From sequence record PV611675.1: a stretch of DNA of 64,000 nt. The stretch is one strand, 5' to 3'. The notes below the pieces were generated by a model. It searched no databases and had not been told where the DNA came from. It was given only the letters and a program-made list of their open reading frames with translations. Positions 63,862-64,000 of the stretch are shown here, in pieces; within the stretch, counting starts at the first letter, position 1; every line of letters begins with the position of its first letter. This DNA is from Acinetobacter phage vB_AbaM_14/CRR8. The translations under genes were made by a program, and so were the position numbers.

Positions 63862-64000
63862 ATGGCTATGCAACGTATCAGTAAAAAGAAAGAACTAAAC
63901 GAACAAGAAATCGAAATGAAGGAATTCTTTCGTTTAGGTAGATTTGAAATGACTGCAACATATATTGCAGAAGTTAAGATGAATGCAGAAGACCGTTATC
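63862..64000 (+). CDS. hypothetical protein, partial (runs off window)
   Basis: ATG after AAGGTAAAG; open to the window end. Confidence 0.3.
   Translation, partial: MAMQRISKKKELNEQEIEMKEFFRLGRFEMTATYIAEVKMNAEDRY

Noticed and set aside
1-64000. tRNA genes, integrase/repressor (lysogeny module)
   Set aside because: Intergenic regions were scanned by eye for T-loop (GGTTCRANYCC) and cloverleaf patterns without convincing hits. No tyrosine/serine recombinase or CI-like repressor motifs were seen. Absence cannot be proven without tRNAscan/HMM searches.

Overview
The whole window reads as a segment of a tailed-phage genome. It is AT-rich, nearly every gene sits on the + strand with Shine-Dalgarno sites of the AGGAGG type, and many genes share ATGA or TGATG start/stop overlaps. 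The sequence is punctuated by sigma70-like promoters (TTGACA, 17 bp, TATAAT) and rho-independent terminators. From left to right the modules are as follows. (1) A contractile-tail and baseplate morphogenesis module of the Mu/P2 type: a possible sheath C-terminus, the tube, a chaperone with a candidate -1 frameshift site, a Gly/Ala-rich tape measure, then gpD, gpV, gpW, gpJ and gpI-like baseplate proteins and fibers. (2) A lysis cassette with multi-TM holin candidates and a GH19 endolysin. (3) A short divergent - strand pair (a winged-helix-like protein and a SLOG/DUF2493-like protein) facing an iteron and palindrome region. (4) A T7-like replication module: dCMP deaminase, Zn-ribbon/TOPRIM/DnaB-like primase-helicase, family A DNA polymerase, FEN/RNase H, DEDD exonuclease and HNH endonucleases. 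(5) A large nucleotide-metabolism block: MazG-like NTP pyrophosphatase, a fused NrdB-NrdA ribonucleotide reductase, ThyA, DHFR, ATP-dependent DNA ligase, UvrD-like helicase and a P-loop kinase. (6) An RNA-repair set: a Pnk-like 5' kinase, a metallophosphoesterase and two ligase-family nucleotidyltransferases. (7) An NAD salvage block of PRPP synthetase, NAMPT (NadV) and a macro domain. (8) Blocks of small proteins of unknown function, including LemA-like and PspA/IM30-like membrane-associated proteins. (9) A 770-bp non-coding region with repeats and a promoter/terminator-delimited ncRNA candidate of about 220 nt, followed by small early-type genes. No integrase, repressor, CRISPR array or tRNA was recognised. 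All calls rest on motifs read by eye, ORF structure and gene order; no database search was possible.
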